DNA of 64,000 nucleotides from Acidobacteriota bacterium. Lineage in GTDB: Bacteria; Acidobacteriota; Thermoanaerobaculia; Multivoradales; J023. A model generated the notes under the pieces. It had not been told where the DNA came from. It did no database searches and was given only the letters and a program-made list of their open reading frames with translations. The stretch lies in contig JBCDKB010000001.1 of NCBI GenBank assembly GCA_038747035.1, positions 2,029 through 66,028 on the forward strand, read 5' to 3'. The position numbers were made by a program, and so were the translations under genes. Within the stretch, counting starts at the first letter, position 1; every line of letters begins with the position of its first letter. Positions 27,302 through 36,847 of this stretch are shown piece by piece.

Positions 27302-28270
27302 GTGCACGCCTTCGATCGGCGCCTGCGGGCGCAGCGGCCCGCGAAAATACCGCCCGAATCCGGGCGGCCGATCGCGGCGCAGGTCGAGCTGGAGCGGACG
27401 CCCGAAGGGGACCTCGAGCGCGCCCTGACGATTTTTCTCGCCGGACGGGAATGCCCGTTCACCTGCATCTTCTGCGACCTGTGGCGCCACACCACCGACG
27501 CGCCGACGCCCCCCGGCGCGATCCCGGAGCAGATCCGCATCGCCCTCGAAGAACACGCGCCGAAGGGCGCCCCGCCGGTTGAGAGCGTGAAGCTTTACAA
27601 CGCGTCGAATTTCTTCGACGCCGGCTCCGTGCCGCCGGCTGACGACGCGAAGATCCTCGACCTGGTCGGCGGGCTCCGCCGGGTGATCGTCGAGTGTCAC
27701 GCCAAACTCGTCGGCCGACGGGCCGCCAGATACGCCGAGCGCCTAGGCGGCGCCGGATCGCGCCTCGAAGTCGCCGTCGGCTTCGAGACCGTGCACCCCC
27801 AAGCCCTGGCCCAGCTCAACAAGCGGGTCACCGTCAACGACCTGCGCGCCGCCTCCCGCCGCCTGCGCGAAATGGACGCCGACCTGCGGGCCTTCGTCCT
27901 GATCGGCGTGCCGTTTATCGACCTCGGCGACGAGGAGGCGTGGGTCCTGCGCAGCGTCCAGGAAGCGCTCGACTGCGGCGCGCGGGTGGTGAGCTTGATC
28001 CCGATGCGCAGCGGCGAGTCGGAATTGGTCCGACTCGAACGCGAGGGCCTGTGGACACCCCCGGATCTCGACCGCGTCGAGGCGGCCTACACCCGCGCCC
28101 GGGAGCTCGCGCCGGACCGGGTCTTCCTCGACACCTGGGACCTCGACAAGCTCCGCCGCGCCCCCGGGGACGGACGTCGGGTCGAACGACTCCGAGGTCA
28201 ACAGCTCGGGGCCTTGAAGCAGGGCGGCGCGGCCGAAACAGCCGGCCGGGCCGGCGGGGCGGCGGCGTGA
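27302..28270 (+). CDS. Radical SAM enzyme
   Basis: CPFTCIFC (CxxxCxxC) near residue 60. GTG start 1 nt after the AsnB-like stop. ~320 aa. Confidence 0.6.
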   Translation: MHAFDRRLRAQRPAKIPPESGRPIAAQVELERTPEGDLERALTIFLAGRECPFTCIFCDLWRHTTDAPTPPGAIPEQIRIALEEHAPKGAPPVESVKLYNASNFFDAGSVPPADDAKILDLVGGLRRVIVECHAKLVGRRAARYAERLGGAGSRLEVAVGFETVHPQALAQLNKRVTVNDLRAASRRLREMDADLRAFVLIGVPFIDLGDEEAWVLRSVQEALDCGARVVSLIPMRSGESELVRLEREGLWTPPDLDRVEAAYTRARELAPDRVFLDTWDLDKLRRAPGDGRRVERLRGQQLGALKQGGAAETAGRAGGAAA

Positions 28271-29844
28271 ATCGCAGCACGCCCTATTTCGCCGTCATCA
28301 TCGGCTCCGGCTTCGCCGGATCGATTCTGGCGCGCGTCCTCCGACGACTGAAAAAGCGAGTCGTGGTGGTGGAGAAGAGCCGCCATCCGCGCTTCGCCCT
28401 CGGAGAATCGACGACGCCGATCGGCGGCCTGGCGCTCGAGCGCCTAGCCGCCCGCTATCGCCTGGACGACCTGCGCCACATGGCCGCCTACGGACGGTGG
28501 CTCGACGACCTGCCCCACCTGCGCCGGGGCTTGAAGCGCGGCTTTACGTTCTTCCATCACCAAAACGGCGAGCCGTATGCGAATGGTCCAGACAACGACC
28601 ATCGCCTGATGGTCGCCGCCAGCCCCGACGACCGCCTCGCCGATACCCACTGGCTGCGCTCCGACGTCGATCACCACCTCGCGAAACGGGCCGTCGCCGA
28701 GGGTGCCCGGCTGCTCCAAGAGACGACCGTCGAGGATGTGGAGGTGACCGAGGGCGGCGTCCGGGTGCGTATTCGCAGCGACCAAGGCGTCGACTTCCTC
28801 GAATCGCGCTACGTCATCGACGCCAGCGGCGGCGGCCACAGCGTGCTCGCCCGCGCTTTTGACCTGCCGTCGAAGACCGACCGGGTGCCGATCGATACGT
28901 CGCTGCTCTTCTGCCATATGGACGGCGTGCGCCATCTGCGGGACTCGGTCCCGGACCCGCACCCCGAGCTCGCGCCCTATCCGGAGGAGCGGGCGGCGGT
29001 CCACCACCTGCTCGATATCGGCTGGCTCTACGTGCTGCGCTTCGACCACGGCCCCGCCAGCGTCGGCCTGGTGCTGCGCAAGGATCGGCTGCCGATCTCC
29101 CAGGAACAGCTCGAGGTGCGCCCGGGAAGGGCGCTTCGACGCCTGCTGGACCGCTACCCGAGCCTCGGCGAGATCTTCCGAGACGCCCGGCCGGTGGACG
29201 GCGTGGTCGGCTATAAGGCCAGACTCCAGCACCGGTACAGCAGCGCCGCCGGCAAGCGGTTCTTCCTGCTGCCGTCGGCCTACGCCTTCTACGACCCGCT
29301 CTTCTCCACCGGCATCGCCTGGAACCTGCTCGCCGTCGAGCGCCTGGCGTCCCTCTTCGAGGGCCGCTACGGCGACGCCCGCGACTACGCCCTGCTGCTC
29401 AGCCAAGAGGCGGACCAGCTCGAGTCCCTCATCGAGAGCTGCTACCTGTCGATGGACAACTTCGATCGGTTCGTCGGCGTCACCGAGCTCTACTTCGCCG
29501 GCGTCAGCTTCGCAGAAGCACAGCAGCGGCTCATGCCCATGCGCGACGGACGCCCCGACGCCTGGGACGGCTTCCTCGGCGCCCGCGACCCGGTAATGTC
29601 GTCGCTCGTGGTGCAGACCCGCGACCGCCTGCGGCGCGACGCGAAGGGCCTGGCGAGCGCGTCGAATCTGCTGCCATGGCTCCGCCAGCGACTTTCCAGC
29701 CGTGACATCATCGGACTGGACCAGGCCCCGACGCCTCGGCTCTATCCGGTCGATCTCGACGTCCTGCAAGAGCGCAGCGACCGGCTGGGCCTCAGTCCCG
29801 AAGAGGTCTTCGCCGCCCTCCCCCGGCTGCGCGGCGAAGCGTAA
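28267..29844 (+). CDS. FAD-dependent oxidoreductase of the flavin-dependent (tryptophan) halogenase family
   Basis: AVIIGSGFAGSILA (GxGxxG) followed by FALGESTTPIGG (cf. PrnA IGVGEATIP). ~525 aa. No clear WxWxIP motif. GTGA overlap with the radical SAM stop. Confidence 0.65.
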   Translation: MNRSTPYFAVIIGSGFAGSILARVLRRLKKRVVVVEKSRHPRFALGESTTPIGGLALERLAARYRLDDLRHMAAYGRWLDDLPHLRRGLKRGFTFFHHQNGEPYANGPDNDHRLMVAASPDDRLADTHWLRSDVDHHLAKRAVAEGARLLQETTVEDVEVTEGGVRVRIRSDQGVDFLESRYVIDASGGGHSVLARAFDLPSKTDRVPIDTSLLFCHMDGVRHLRDSVPDPHPELAPYPEERAAVHHLLDIGWLYVLRFDHGPASVGLVLRKDRLPISQEQLEVRPGRALRRLLDRYPSLGEIFRDARPVDGVVGYKARLQHRYSSAAGKRFFLLPSAYAFYDPLFSTGIAWNLLAVERLASLFEGRYGDARDYALLLSQEADQLESLIESCYLSMDNFDRFVGVTELYFAGVSFAEAQQRLMPMRDGRPDAWDGFLGARDPVMSSLVVQTRDRLRRDAKGLASASNLLPWLRQRLSSRDIIGLDQAPTPRLYPVDLDVLQERSDRLGLSPEEVFAALPRLRGEA

Positions 29845-29887
29845 GCCCCGGGCTTCCGACGCCCCGAACGACCGCAAGGAGTCGCCC

Positions 29888-30211
29888 ATGTCCGACGAAC
29901 CCCACAACGACGACCTCGACGTGACGACGGTCTTTGCGACGTCCGAAGCCGACCTCATCCCGGTGATCAAGTCCGTGCTCCGGGGTGCGGATATCCCGTT
30001 CATCACCGACGGCGAGTCGATGATGAATCTCTTCCCGTCCGACCTGCTCGGCGCCGGGCTGCTCAGGCCGCGCGGCGAGATCCGCTTCAAGGTCGCCCGG
30101 GACCACGTCGAAGCCGCCCGCATCTTGCTTTCGGAATATCACGGCGCCGACGGGGGCGAAACGGCCGAGGGCGAGGCCGGCGAAGGCGAGGCGCCTGCGG
30201 GCGACGCCTGA
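29888..30211 (+). CDS. Small DUF2007-like protein with an acidic G/E/A tail
   Basis: 107 aa; AGGAG 6 nt upstream of the ATG; 44 bp after the halogenase-like gene. Confidence 0.4.
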   Translation: MSDEPHNDDLDVTTVFATSEADLIPVIKSVLRGADIPFITDGESMMNLFPSDLLGAGLLRPRGEIRFKVARDHVEAARILLSEYHGADGGETAEGEAGEGEAPAGDA

Positions 30212-30236
30212 GCCCGCCCCGCGGCCCTGATCGCCC

Positions 30237-31124
30237 ATGGACTCCCTCGAGCCCGTTCCGTTTCGCCTGCTCATCGACCGGGTCGTGCCGGTGGCCCGCC
30301 CCCACTTCGCCGGCGCCTTCTTGGCCACCGCCGCGCCGGTGGCGGCGGCGAGCGTCACCTTCGCCTTCCTCCAGCACCGGACCATGACCGGCTTCATCGA
30401 GGCGGACCCCTCCTTCGCCATGTTCGGCGGCTATGTGCTGTCGATTTTCGTGCTGCTGACCGTCTTTATCGCCTCCTACTCGGCGCTGGTGATCGCGGCC
30501 ATGGAAACTTTTGACGGCGGAGACATTCGCATCGGCCGCGCCTGGGCCTGGCTTTTCACCCCGCGCCTGCTGTGGACAGTCTTCCTGTGGACCGCGGTGA
30601 GCTTCATCAGCCTCATCCTCTGCGTGCTGCCGGCGGTGCTGATGATTCCGCTGCTCGCCTTCACGCTCAACGTCATGGTCGCTGAGCAAAGCTACGGCAT
30701 GGACGCGCTCAAGCGCAGCGCGTCCCTCGTGTGGTCAACGCCCACGGGTCGGCCCATCGACAGTGCATTCCTTCGGGTCTGCGCCGTTTTCCTCGTCGGC
30801 TACGGCATCCAGTCGGGCATCGGGCTGATCACCCAGGGCCCGTTCATGGCGCTCCAGCAGTATTACGTGCTGCGCGACGCGGCGGGCGGCGTCGGCGACC
30901 CGGCCCTCGCCCTCGGCCCCCTGTGGGTCCAGGTGACCGCCCAGTTCTTTAGCGCCATCACCACCGCCGTCGGCTGGCTCTACTGGGCCTTCGCCTTCTC
31001 GATGCTCTATTTCGAGCTTCGCCGGCGACGCGACGGCGACGACCTGCGGCGGGCGCTGGACGAGCTCACCGGCGTCACCCGGACGCAGACCGAAGCCGCA
31101 GGCGCCCTCGGAGCTACGCCCTGA
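30237..31124 (+). CDS. Polytopic membrane protein (6-7 TM), first gene of the MoxR-associated cluster
   Basis: Multiple hydrophobic helices; position and architecture resemble the membrane component that precedes DUF4129/DUF4350/MoxR/DUF58 in many genomes. Confidence 0.45.
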   Translation: MDSLEPVPFRLLIDRVVPVARPHFAGAFLATAAPVAAASVTFAFLQHRTMTGFIEADPSFAMFGGYVLSIFVLLTVFIASYSALVIAAMETFDGGDIRIGRAWAWLFTPRLLWTVFLWTAVSFISLILCVLPAVLMIPLLAFTLNVMVAEQSYGMDALKRSASLVWSTPTGRPIDSAFLRVCAVFLVGYGIQSGIGLITQGPFMALQQYYVLRDAAGGVGDPALALGPLWVQVTAQFFSAITTAVGWLYWAFAFSMLYFELRRRRDGDDLRRALDELTGVTRTQTEAAGALGATP

Positions 31125-31327
31125 GTCAGGCCCCGGCTCGGCCCCGGCCCATTGCCGTCGGCCTGCTGCTGGCGCTCGTCGCCCTGATTCTCCCCGCAGG
31201 GCTGACCGCGACGCCGTCCGATACGGGCGTCGGCACGGAGACCCGAGGGGCCCCGGAGGCCCTGGAAACCCCGCCCCCGCCGGGAGCCGATGCGCCCCCG
31301 GCGGACCGCGAGCTGCTCGCCGACGTC

Positions 31328-31882
31328 ATGCGCGAGGGGACCGTCGCCACCGATACGCCCCGCCCCCGGGTCATGCGCTACCTCGGCGACGTGGCGACGG
31401 CTTGGCTCGGCGGCTTCTTCGAGTGGCTCTTCGGCACGGGCGACTTTGAACAAACGGCGCTCGAGATCGTCCGCTGGATGATCATCGCCTTGAGCGCCTT
31501 GCTGCTCGGCCTGCTGCTCTTTCAGGCTTACCGTCGGTGGCGAGCGATGCACCTCAGCGCGCCGACGGCTCCGAAGGTAAAGGTGGAAACGCTGGCGCCG
31601 ACCCCGGCCGCCGCGACGGATTGGCGCCATGAAGTCGAAACGCGCCTCGAGGGCGGCGACCCGGATGCCGCCCTCGACGCCCTCTGGTGGTGGCTTGCGG
31701 AACGCCTTGACATCAAGGACGCCGACGCGTCGTGGACCACCCCCGAGCTCGCCCGGCGCGCCGGACGCCGCGACCTGCTGCCGCTCGTGCGACGCTGGGA
31801 TCGCCTCGTCTACGGCGGCGGCGCCGTGTCCGTCGAGCCCGTGCGCGCCCTCTGGCGAGGGTTTGAGGAGGCCTTGGCATGA
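31328..31882 (+). CDS. DUF4129-like membrane-anchored protein
   Basis: N-terminal TM IVRWMIIALSALLLGLLLF followed by W-rich ALDALWWWLAERL; overlaps the next gene (ATGA). Confidence 0.5.
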   Translation: MREGTVATDTPRPRVMRYLGDVATAWLGGFFEWLFGTGDFEQTALEIVRWMIIALSALLLGLLLFQAYRRWRAMHLSAPTAPKVKVETLAPTPAAATDWRHEVETRLEGGDPDAALDALWWWLAERLDIKDADASWTTPELARRAGRRDLLPLVRRWDRLVYGGGAVSVEPVRALWRGFEEALA

Positions 31883-33027
31883 GCTCAGACGACCTGCGGG
31901 CCGGCGTGCGCTCGCCGCCGCCGCCGAAGCTCTGGCCGTGGCTGCTCGGCGCGGTCGCCCTCGGCCTCTTCTTCGTGCTCTTGCCGTCGCCGGGGGCGGT
32001 ATCGAGCGCACTCTCGAAGGAATCCGGCGGCTGGTGGGCCCTGCGCGCTTATCTCGAAGCCCAAGGCGTCGAGGTTGAGCTTCTAGATGCCCCCCTCGGC
32101 ACGGTGCTCGACGAGCGCGAAGCCCAGCCTTCCGACCGGGACGAGCCGGCGGTTCTGGTCCTAGCGCTGCCCTGGCAGCGGCGCGCCGACCCCGAGTTCG
32201 AGCGCCAGCTGCGGCGACACCTGCGCGGCGGCGGTCGGGTCCTGCTCGCCTACGACGGCGCCGAGGAGTCGGCGACGCGCTCTTTCCTCTTCGACATGCT
32301 GGGGCTCAGCCCCGAATTCGAGCTGCGGAGCGAGCCGCCCCTAACGCCCAGGGCGTGGTGGCGCTACCAGCAGGAGACCTTCACCCTCAAGCCCGCCGAC
32401 GGCGCGCCCCAGCGCCGACTCGAAATCCCCGCCTTCTACACCGCGCCGACGGTGCCCCTCGACGCCGAGGTGCTCTACACCACCGCCCGTTCCTCCGAGC
32501 CCGTCATCTTCGAGGTCGAGCGCCACGGCGGTCTCATCTGGGCACTGCCGGCGGCCTTCTTCGCCAACGCCCACCTCGCCGAGTATGACCATATCGAGCT
32601 GGTCGCCCTCGCCCGCGAGCGGCTGGGCGATCGGTGGCTCTTCGACGAATACCACCACGGCCTGCTGCGGCCTGAGCTCGCCGAGGCCGGCCGGAATCGC
32701 TACGCCTGGGATCTCTTCATCGGCCACCTACTGCTGATCTACGCCCTGGCGCTGCTCGCCCTCGGACGCCGCTTCGGCCCGACCTGGCGGGAAGAGACGC
32801 TGCGCACCGGCTCGGCGAGCGATTTCCTGCGCAGCCTCGGGGTGCTCCACCACCAGCTCGGCCACCACCGCGACGCCGCCCGCCGACTGCTCGAGCGGAC
32901 CCGCCAGCTCGCCCCTGGTCTCGAGCTGCCGTCGGGGCCGGGGGAGGCCTTCGACCCCGAGGCCGTAGACGACGGCGCCTCCCTCACCGAATACGCCGCC
33001 CGACTTGCCGAACGCCGCGGCGCCTGA
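31879..33027 (+). CDS. DUF4350-like protein
   Basis: N-terminal TM, then a ~350-aa domain in the canonical position upstream of MoxR. Confidence 0.5.
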   Translation: MSSDDLRAGVRSPPPPKLWPWLLGAVALGLFFVLLPSPGAVSSALSKESGGWWALRAYLEAQGVEVELLDAPLGTVLDEREAQPSDRDEPAVLVLALPWQRRADPEFERQLRRHLRGGGRVLLAYDGAEESATRSFLFDMLGLSPEFELRSEPPLTPRAWWRYQQETFTLKPADGAPQRRLEIPAFYTAPTVPLDAEVLYTTARSSEPVIFEVERHGGLIWALPAAFFANAHLAEYDHIELVALARERLGDRWLFDEYHHGLLRPELAEAGRNRYAWDLFIGHLLLIYALALLALGRRFGPTWREETLRTGSASDFLRSLGVLHHQLGHHRDAARRLLERTRQLAPGLELPSGPGEAFDPEAVDDGASLTEYAARLAERRGA

Positions 33028-33080
33028 CGACAGCTCTAAAGACACCGCACTTCGCGATAGCCCGCCGTGAAAGGACCCCG

Positions 33081-34091
<1,011 letters not shown>

Positions 34092-34137
34092 GCCGTCGGC
34101 TGCGGACAGTTCGACTGAAGTTGGACTGGAGGCCACC

Positions 34138-35427
34138 GTGCCGGCCCTGAGGGTCTTCTACCTGCTCGGCGTCACGACGCTGCTCGGCGTCGTCGGCGTG
34201 CTGGTGCCGTGGGCCGGCTGGACCGCCCTCGGCCTCGACGCGCTGCTGCTCGCGGCGGTGTGGATCGACTGGCGTCGCGCCCGCGCCGTCCGCCTCGACG
34301 CCGAGCGCCACTGGCCGCGTCTCTTGACCCAAGGGACCCCCGCGACGCTGCGCCTCGAGATCGAGGGCCCCGAGGTCGCGACGACGGTCCGACTGCGCGA
34401 AACGCTCCACCCCGGACTGACTTCGACGCCGGCGCGCGCCGAGCTCCGTCTTCTGAGGCGCGCCGCCTGGGAGATCCCGCTCGAGCCGGCGAGGCGCGGC
34501 GAGCACAGCTCCGGGCCGCTTATGGCCCGCGTGCTCGGCCCGTGGGGCCTGGCGTGGCACCAGCGCGAGCTGGTCGGCGCCGAGCCCCGGAAGGTCTACC
34601 CGCAGGTCCGCTGGGACGGCAAGGTCGGCCAGCTGCTGCTGCTCGCCCACCGCCGGGCCCTCGGCCAGCACCCCCAGCGTCACCGCGGCCTCGGCACCGA
34701 GCCCTACGCCCTGCGCGAGTACCTGGCCGGCGATCCGCCGAACAAAATCCACTGGAAGGCGTCGGCGCGGCACGGCCGGCTGGTCAGCCGCGAAGACACC
34801 TGGGAGCGCGGAGCGCGCCTGGTGGTGCTGCTCGATTGCGGCCGCGGTATGTCGGGCGAGGACGGCGAGCGCGCCAAGCTCGACCACGCGCTCGCCGCCG
34901 CCTTGGCCTTGGCCCGCGTCGCCGCGGCCCGGGGCGACCGGGTGACGATCACCGCGTTCTCGGACCGTATCGAGAGGACAGTGCGCCTCACCGGCGGCGT
35001 CCGTCGCCTCCAGACCGCCTACGCCCAGCTCTACGACCTCCAGGCCCGCCTCGTCGAACCCGCCTTCGACCTGGCGGCCGATACCGCGGTCGCCCTCGAG
35101 TCTCGACGCTCGACCGTGGTGCTCTTCACCTCCGTGGTCGACCTCGCCGCCGCCGACTGGCTCAGGCGCGCCGTGCTCAAGCTGGAGCGCCGTCACCGAC
35201 CCGTGCTGCTCAACCTGCAGGACCCCGAGCTTCTAGCCCTGGCCGACTCGGCGCCGGCGACGCCCCGGGATGCCTTTGCCCAGGCCGCCGCCCTCGACAT
35301 CGGACTCGCCAATCGCGACCTCGCCACCCGACTCCGCCGCACCGGCGTGCGCGTTGTCAACGCGCCGGCCGACCGTTTGGCGCTTGAAGCTTTGGAGGCC
35401 TACCTGTCGATTTTCGGCGCCGGGTAG
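34138..35427 (+). CDS. DUF58 (VWA-like) protein, MoxR partner
   Basis: Two N-terminal TMs; the conserved [19 protein letters not shown] motif of DUF58; [13 protein letters not shown]-like beta strand. GTG start chosen at 34138. Confidence 0.7.
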   Translation: MPALRVFYLLGVTTLLGVVGVLVPWAGWTALGLDALLLAAVWIDWRRARAVRLDAERHWPRLLTQGTPATLRLEIEGPEVATTVRLRETLHPGLTSTPARAELRLLRRAAWEIPLEPARRGEHSSGPLMARVLGPWGLAWHQRELVGAEPRKVYPQVRWDGKVGQLLLLAHRRALGQHPQRHRGLGTEPYALREYLAGDPPNKIHWKASARHGRLVSREDTWERGARLVVLLDCGRGMSGEDGERAKLDHALAAALALARVAAARGDRVTITAFSDRIERTVRLTGGVRRLQTAYAQLYDLQARLVEPAFDLAADTAVALESRRSTVVLFTSVVDLAAADWLRRAVLKLERRHRPVLLNLQDPELLALADSAPATPRDAFAQAAALDIGLANRDLATRLRRTGVRVVNAPADRLALEALEAYLSIFGAG

Positions 35428-35549
35428 CGCGTATTATTCATTTCACCTGACTGATTTCACATCTTTTTTCAAGTAAGGGTGAAACCGAGGGCGCCGGGCG
35501 GGCACTAGGGGATTGAACCTTCACATGCCCAAGTTGGGAAAGGAGTCCA

Positions 35550-36137
35550 ATGATGCCTGTCGCCCCGAAAACCCTCCGCCGTAACGCCCCGTCCGCCGAT
35601 CAATCCTCCATCCGTCGCGCGGTCGGCGTCCTCATGCTGGCCGTGGCGTGGATGACCATGGCCGTCCCGTCGAGCGCCCAAAGGCCGCCGTGCGAGCGCG
35701 CCGCCGCAACGCTGCAGGCGCTGCTCGGCAGCTCAAGCGAAGAAATCCGCCTGCGGGCGGCCATCGGCCTGCTCCAGCACAGCTGCTCGGCGACGACCGC
35801 GGTCGGGATCACCCTCCGCGCGAAGCCGGAATGTATTGAGCCCGCCAACAAAGACTTCGACGCCTGCATCCTGGTCTGTAAATCCCAAGATCCCCATGAG
35901 CAGGCGTGTTTCGACGCCTGCGTCGACGAGCTCGGGGTCGACCTGACGCACTGCCCCCAAGCCACCAACTCCGTCGCCGGCGACCGCAGCCCCTGTGATG
36001 ACTGCCTCCGGTATTGCGCCGAGGAGATTCAAGAGTGCAAACGCGACTGTCGGCGGGCGGAACCTTGGGACCCCGACTGCTACGACGACTGCGAATACAG
36101 CTGCTACGACGCATGCAGCGATCCCTGCCGAGGATAG
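35550..36137 (+). CDS. Secreted cysteine-rich protein with serial Cx3C/Cx2C repeats
   Basis: Signal peptide ending AVPSSAQ; >20 Cys in the last ~130 aa (C-ILV-C, C-FDA-C, C-DD-C-LRY-C, C-KRD-C, C-YDD-C-EYS-C-YDA-C-SDP-C). Confidence 0.55.
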   Translation: MMPVAPKTLRRNAPSADQSSIRRAVGVLMLAVAWMTMAVPSSAQRPPCERAAATLQALLGSSSEEIRLRAAIGLLQHSCSATTAVGITLRAKPECIEPANKDFDACILVCKSQDPHEQACFDACVDELGVDLTHCPQATNSVAGDRSPCDDCLRYCAEEIQECKRDCRRAEPWDPDCYDDCEYSCYDACSDPCRG

Positions 36138-36237
36138 GGCCGAAGTTCGCCAAAGACGTTTTCCCCAGCCCAGGGCTGCTTTCGCCCCTGGGCTCCTCGC
36201 TTTTCGCACCGGGGCCTGACTCCGACCGCCAGGCGCT

Positions 36238-36753
36238 TTACTTCCAGGCGGCGCCGGCGTGGCCGCTCGGCTCTTCCCCGGAGGCGAGGACCTGCATCAG
36301 CTCATCGGCCATTTCGCGGTCGAGCTTGGCGAGCGCCGCGTGGTCGGCTTTGGCGGCCGCTTCGTCACCGGCGAGGGCGTGGAGCACGCCGCGGTAGTGG
36401 TAGGCCTGGGCCATCTTGGGGTCGAGCTCGAGGGCCCGGTTGTAATGCTTGAGGGCGGCGTCATAGTGCTCCGCACCCTGCTTGCGCAGCGAGTAGCCCA
36501 GGTTGTTGTGGGCGGCGGCGAAGTCTTCTTTCATGTCGAGCGCTTCACTGAACTTGCTAGCGGCGCCGGCGAAGTCGCCTTTCTTCAGGTGATCGATGCC
36601 GGTGTTGTAAAGGCTCTCCGCCGTGTTCTTGGGCTCTTCCTTCTTCGGCGAACCGGCGCCGAAGGCCGGACCGGCGAGCAGGCCGAGGGCGGCGATGAAG
36701 AGGGCCGTCAGGGTGAGGCGACGGGCGATCGATGGCGCGGGGCTTTGGCTCAT
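36238..36753 (-). CDS. Secreted TPR-repeat protein
   Basis: Signal peptide; three TPR-like units (AESLYNTGIDHLKKGDFAGAASKFSEAL, AAAHNNLGYSLRKQG, AQAYHYRGVLHALAG). Confidence 0.65.
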   Translation of the reverse strand: MSQSPAPSIARRLTLTALFIAALGLLAGPAFGAGSPKKEEPKNTAESLYNTGIDHLKKGDFAGAASKFSEALDMKEDFAAAHNNLGYSLRKQGAEHYDAALKHYNRALELDPKMAQAYHYRGVLHALAGDEAAAKADHAALAKLDREMADELMQVLASGEEPSGHAGAAWK

Positions 36754-36811
36754 GGGTTTCTCCAGGGTTAAGCGTCAAGTGAGTGGCGGGGCCCCGACGC
36801 AGAGGCACGGT

Positions 36812-36847
36812 TTTAGTGGGCGTGTCCGCTTTAGTGGGCGTGTCCGC
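36812..36847. repeat. Exact 18-bp tandem duplication (tttagtgggcgtgtccgc x2) spanning the amidohydrolase stop codon
   Basis: Read directly. The second copy encodes ...GGHAH-stop; the first copy is its downstream duplicate. Confidence 0.6.

Noticed and set aside
27694-29844. 716-aa ORF extending the halogenase-family gene 570 bp upstream across the radical SAM gene
   Set aside because: The extension is R/P-rich and overlaps the radical SAM CDS in a different frame. The GTG at 28267 immediately precedes the GxGxxG FAD motif and overlaps the radical SAM stop.
31127-31327. Signal-peptide-like extension (IAVGLLLALVALILPAGLTA) in frame upstream of the DUF4129 start
   Set aside because: There is no ATG, GTG or TTG start codon in frame before 31328, so I kept the annotated start. 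It could still be real if a non-canonical start is used.
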